DNA of 64,000 bases, from assembly GCF_963506605.1 (NCBI RefSeq), contig NC_083281.1:78306001-78370000 (forward strand). The letters are read 5' to 3'. Under the pieces are notes generated by a model. It saw only the letters and a list, made by a program, of their open reading frames with translations, was not told where the DNA came from and did not search any database. Positions 60,283 through 64,000 of the stretch are shown here, piece by piece. The first letter of the stretch is position 1, and each line of letters begins with the position of its first letter. Both the position numbers and the translations under genes were made by a program. The DNA is from Zootoca vivipara (taxonomy: Eukaryota).

Positions 60283-61836
60283 TTATAAATGGTAACACAC
60301 AGTAAATCCCATGTGCTAAGCTTGACACATGATCCAGACAGTTAACAGCCAGGCTCATTTTGATTACAGTTCATTAAATAATACAAAGCACACAAATATC
60401 ATGTTTGCATTTGTATCTACCAAAGTTGAATGTGGAATAAAATCTATTTTTAAATCAAGACATGCATATCTACTTTTTTCATGGTTATAATGTGTTATAT
60501 CTCGAAAGAAGTCATTGAAATCTTACATATATTTTCTTGGGAATATGACGTATTTAATTCAGTGGAACCTGCTCTCAAACATGCAATTGAGCAAGGCTTT
60601 CTTCCTGCCATCCTATATATAATTTTTCAAGATTAAATCTCATTGGACTCAATGGGACAACCAACACAACTCTGTGTTCACTCCGAAGCAGGTCCCACTA
60701 TGTCCAGTGGTGTTTATTTCCTAGCACAGGATGGAGAACCAATGGCAGCCCCAAAGACACATTCCTTTCTATGCACCCTTTGAGGCCACATGCCAGAGGC
60801 TGGAGGGGCTGGGGCAGAAGTGGGTGGAGCAATGGATGCAAATTTTACCACTGTACAATAGGCTAGTTCCTACACAAACACATGCCCCTCATCTCCATCC
60901 AGGGAAACAAGAGGCATTGACTGTGTGAACACCATACACTAAAAGCGCACACCCCTCCCCAATAATCCTGGGAACTGTGGTTTGGCTAAGTACTGTGAGT
61001 TATAGCTCTGTGCGGACTAAACTACCACTTCAAGGATTCTTTCATGGGACGGCAAGTGCTTTTAAAGTATAGTGTGCTCACAGAGCCTTTGTCAGAGTTC
61101 AAGGACTCATTGGAGCCCAGCCAAACCATTCAAGGACAGTGTGGAGCCGGGCTAGTTGGGGTGTGTGGTTGGGTGGGGAGAGTCCCAGGGGCTAGAAGGA
61201 GGGGCTTGGAGGGTCATATTTGACCCCCATGCCTAAAGTTCCCCACCCCTGCCCTGGAAGATGAGCTTTATTTCTGAGCAAGCACAATAAAGAGATGGCT
61301 TAGTTTCATAATGTAACGAACCCCTTTTTCTTTCGTAATTATCTTAATCATAGCACTGCACAAGCTACACAGTAAGAAACCCGGGTCTGCCACCAATTGC
61401 ACACTTGACAAGAAGTCGCAGCCAGATCCATTTCCTTGATGGCTGGTAACATATCTGCAATTATGTATTAGTCGCTCGCATCTTCTAACGTCAGACGTCA
61501 ATCATCTCAGGAGGGTTTTCTGCAAAAGCCAATGTGTGAAGGTCCCCGGATCGCATTCTCCTATGAACATCTTTTTGAAAACACATCACATTGGATTCAA
61601 CGTGAAGGGGAGAGGCCTTTTTGGCTGGTAAGATCCATAGAACATAGGTTTTACATGGGATTTTGCAGCATGCCTGTCTCCAAAGCTTGGCCAATACTGC
61701 TCTTGCTACAACTATCTTATTTAAGAAAACAAATCCACTTATTTCTTAGGTGTATTGTCTTTGATATAAATCTGTATGAATTCCCCTAGGAGGAAAGGGC
61801 AAAACATTTGGGGCTTTGAGTTCAGAAAAGAGATGA

Positions 61837-61839
<3 letters not shown>

Positions 61840-61873
<34 letters not shown>
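61840..61873. repeat. (GT)n microsatellite
   Basis: Directly visible. Confidence 0.95.
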
Positions 61874-61875
<2 letters not shown>

Positions 61876-61894
61876 ACATGTATAAAATATCCAA

Positions 61895-62335
61895 GATGTG
61901 GTGGATATGGAAAAATAGTTCTTTCCCCTCCTCCTCTCATATTATTAGAACCCAGGGTCATCCAATTAAGCTAAATGCGGGGAGATTCAGGACAGATAAA
62001 ATAAAGGACTTCTTCATACAGCACATAGTTTAAATATGGAATTCAGCCCCACAAGATGTTGTGATAGCTTTGCCCTCCATGAATTGTTCCAATCCTTTTT
62101 CAGAGCCACCCAATTAGGTGGTTATTGGTGGCTATTAGCCATGCTAGGCTCCATTTCCACTATTACAGGCAGTATGCTTCTGAGCATTAGCTCCTGGCAA
62201 CTGAAAGTGGAGAGAGCCCTGTTGTGTTCAGGTCCTGCTTTCAGCTTTCCCATAATGGAAATCTGGTGAGAACAGGATGCTGGTCTAGATGGGCCTTTGG
62301 GCTGATCTAGCAAGACACTTCCTATGTGCTCTAAG
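61895..62335 (+). mobile_element. Degraded CR1 3' fragments
   Basis: AGAACCCAGGGTCATCCAATTAAGCT…AGATTCAGGACAGATAAA…TTCTTCATACAGC and GAACAGGATGCTGG…TAGATGGGCCTTTGG. Confidence 0.7.
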
Positions 62336-64000
62336 CTTGTGCAACAGGCTGGATCCCAGCCACGCAAAAAGCAAGCATCACATCCGTTGCTCCACCCACT
62401 TTTGCCTCCAGCCCCTCCCGCCACTGGCACGTGGCCCACGAAAGAATGAGGCCCCCAAGCTGCAGAAGCTTTCCCCTCCACTGGCCTAAACTGACTGGCC
62501 GTAGGTCTTCAAACAGGAGCCTGTCTTGGCTGCACCAGGGGAGACAGAACCTAGGGCATTTTTCGTGCAAAACATTGGCCTCCCACTGGCCCTGTGACCC
62601 TCTCCTTCAGCACTTTTGTGAATGAGCAGCCATGACTCTAATCCACTTTGTCAACCCTTACACCTGTCTACATGAAGAACCACCAAGGCATCTCATGCCG
62701 AGGATAGGGGGCAAAGGAAGCCTGTGCTCAACAGACCTGGAAGCAAAGGGTGAAAGAATAAAATGTGGGTTCACAGATACCAAAGGCTGTAGGCTTGCTC
62801 ACCAGAAGGTGCGCAATTCCATCAATCGACCAGTCAAGCCATACACCTCTCTCCTCACCCGTACAGGTTGCCTACCTACTTACAAAGCCTTCAGTTTTTT
62901 TTTTCTTTTCCCACCAACCCCCTCTCCTGTTTAATCAGCCCAGGTCAATGCTCCTCTTTCTTTGACAACAAATCACTTTTCCAATAGGAAGAGAAGCAAT
63001 CTACGTCTGGAGGCTCAGGCTAGCTGGCCAGCCAGCCAGGAAAGGGCAGAAACCAGGAACACCCTGAGGCCAAAGACTCTTAGACGTGACCTTAAAGAAG
63101 ATGCAATCAATCATGTTGGGCTATCAGGAGACCTCAGGGAGGGCTGCCCTGCTCCAGAAAGCCCAGGCGGAGGAGGGGATCCTTTTAATACCTCCCTGCC
63201 CCCACCCCCAGCCATGTCTGATTCCCATCAAGCTGTATCTTCCTCAATGACTCTAGCTACCCAGTTGATTGAAGGAGGCTGTGGATACCTGCAGGGCATT
63301 TCAGATAGCACTCTCAAAGGCTGAAAGCTCTTGACATGTATCCGTAATCCTTGCCCCTAACTCTGCAAGATAGGTCAGAGTTATTACCCCCATAATGTAG
63401 ACTGTGCAGCTGAGGCTTAGAGAGAGAGCTCATTAATGCTACTGTGAACTCAATGGAATCTGCCTCATTATTCCAGGTGAGTCTACTTGTCCATTATCAC
63501 CTAGTATTGTCAACTCTGACTGGTAGCAGTACCCCAGGGTCTCAGGCAGAGGTCTTTCCCACCTCTTGCTACTTTGAGAATTATCCCCAACCACCAGCAT
63601 CCTTTATTTTGTCTCTTTATCATTGGGTTGCACTTAATGTTAGACCTACCCAGAACAGGCCCACTGAAGTTAACTCAGGGGGGAGAAGTCTACTTCAGGT
63701 ATAACTTAGTTGGCTAGAACCCATTTTATTTATATTGTAGCTTTCTTTCAGGATAAAAACCAAAAGAGCTTACATGAGACGCGAGATGATGGTCTTCTAA
63801 ACAGACACTGTCCACACCCAGAACTGTTGAGCTTCAGTACAGTAGACATGTATGCTTGGCAGGACTCCCAGTTTGGCCCATGAAATTGCTTTGGCAATGC
63901 CATGCCCACCTGCCATCAGGCACTGGGCAGGTAAAGCCATGGTATCAAATTCAAAAGGAAGAATTCAGTACTCTGAGCAGGCTCCAGAATCTTCATTTTC

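Overview
Eukaryotic (squamate, most likely lacertid lizard) genomic DNA. The assignment rests on Sauria/POM-type SINEs, Squam-like SINEs, RTE-BovB, CR1/L2 and many hAT and Tigger-like MITEs. The only host gene feature I can support is coding exon 1 of PRDM16 on the minus strand (39077-39113, MRSKARARKLPK plus 1 nt, followed by a GTAGGT donor), which the ORF track misses. Positions 1-39076 are the start of its large intron 1, with no exon 2 seen, and positions above about 39.2 kb are upstream sequence. The promoter lies in a core CpG island inside a roughly 20-kb CpG-rich, young-TE-poor domain (about 33-53 kb). The most interesting structures are: (1) two upstream ORFs chained to the PRDM16 start codon by ATGA stop/start overlaps; (2) a 1.47-kb non-autonomous hAT element filled with promoter-like CpG-island sequence (Pack-TE-like), nested in a solo LTR; (3) a young Penelope-like insertion forming a perfect 76-bp hairpin with a minimal hammerhead ribozyme motif 3.4 kb upstream of PRDM16; (4) a hAT MITE with arrayed YY1 and ETS motifs in intron 1; (5) an inverted Sauria SINE pair; and (6) several candidate conserved enhancers. 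Family names and cross-species comparisons are from recall, not database searches. There are two assembly gaps.
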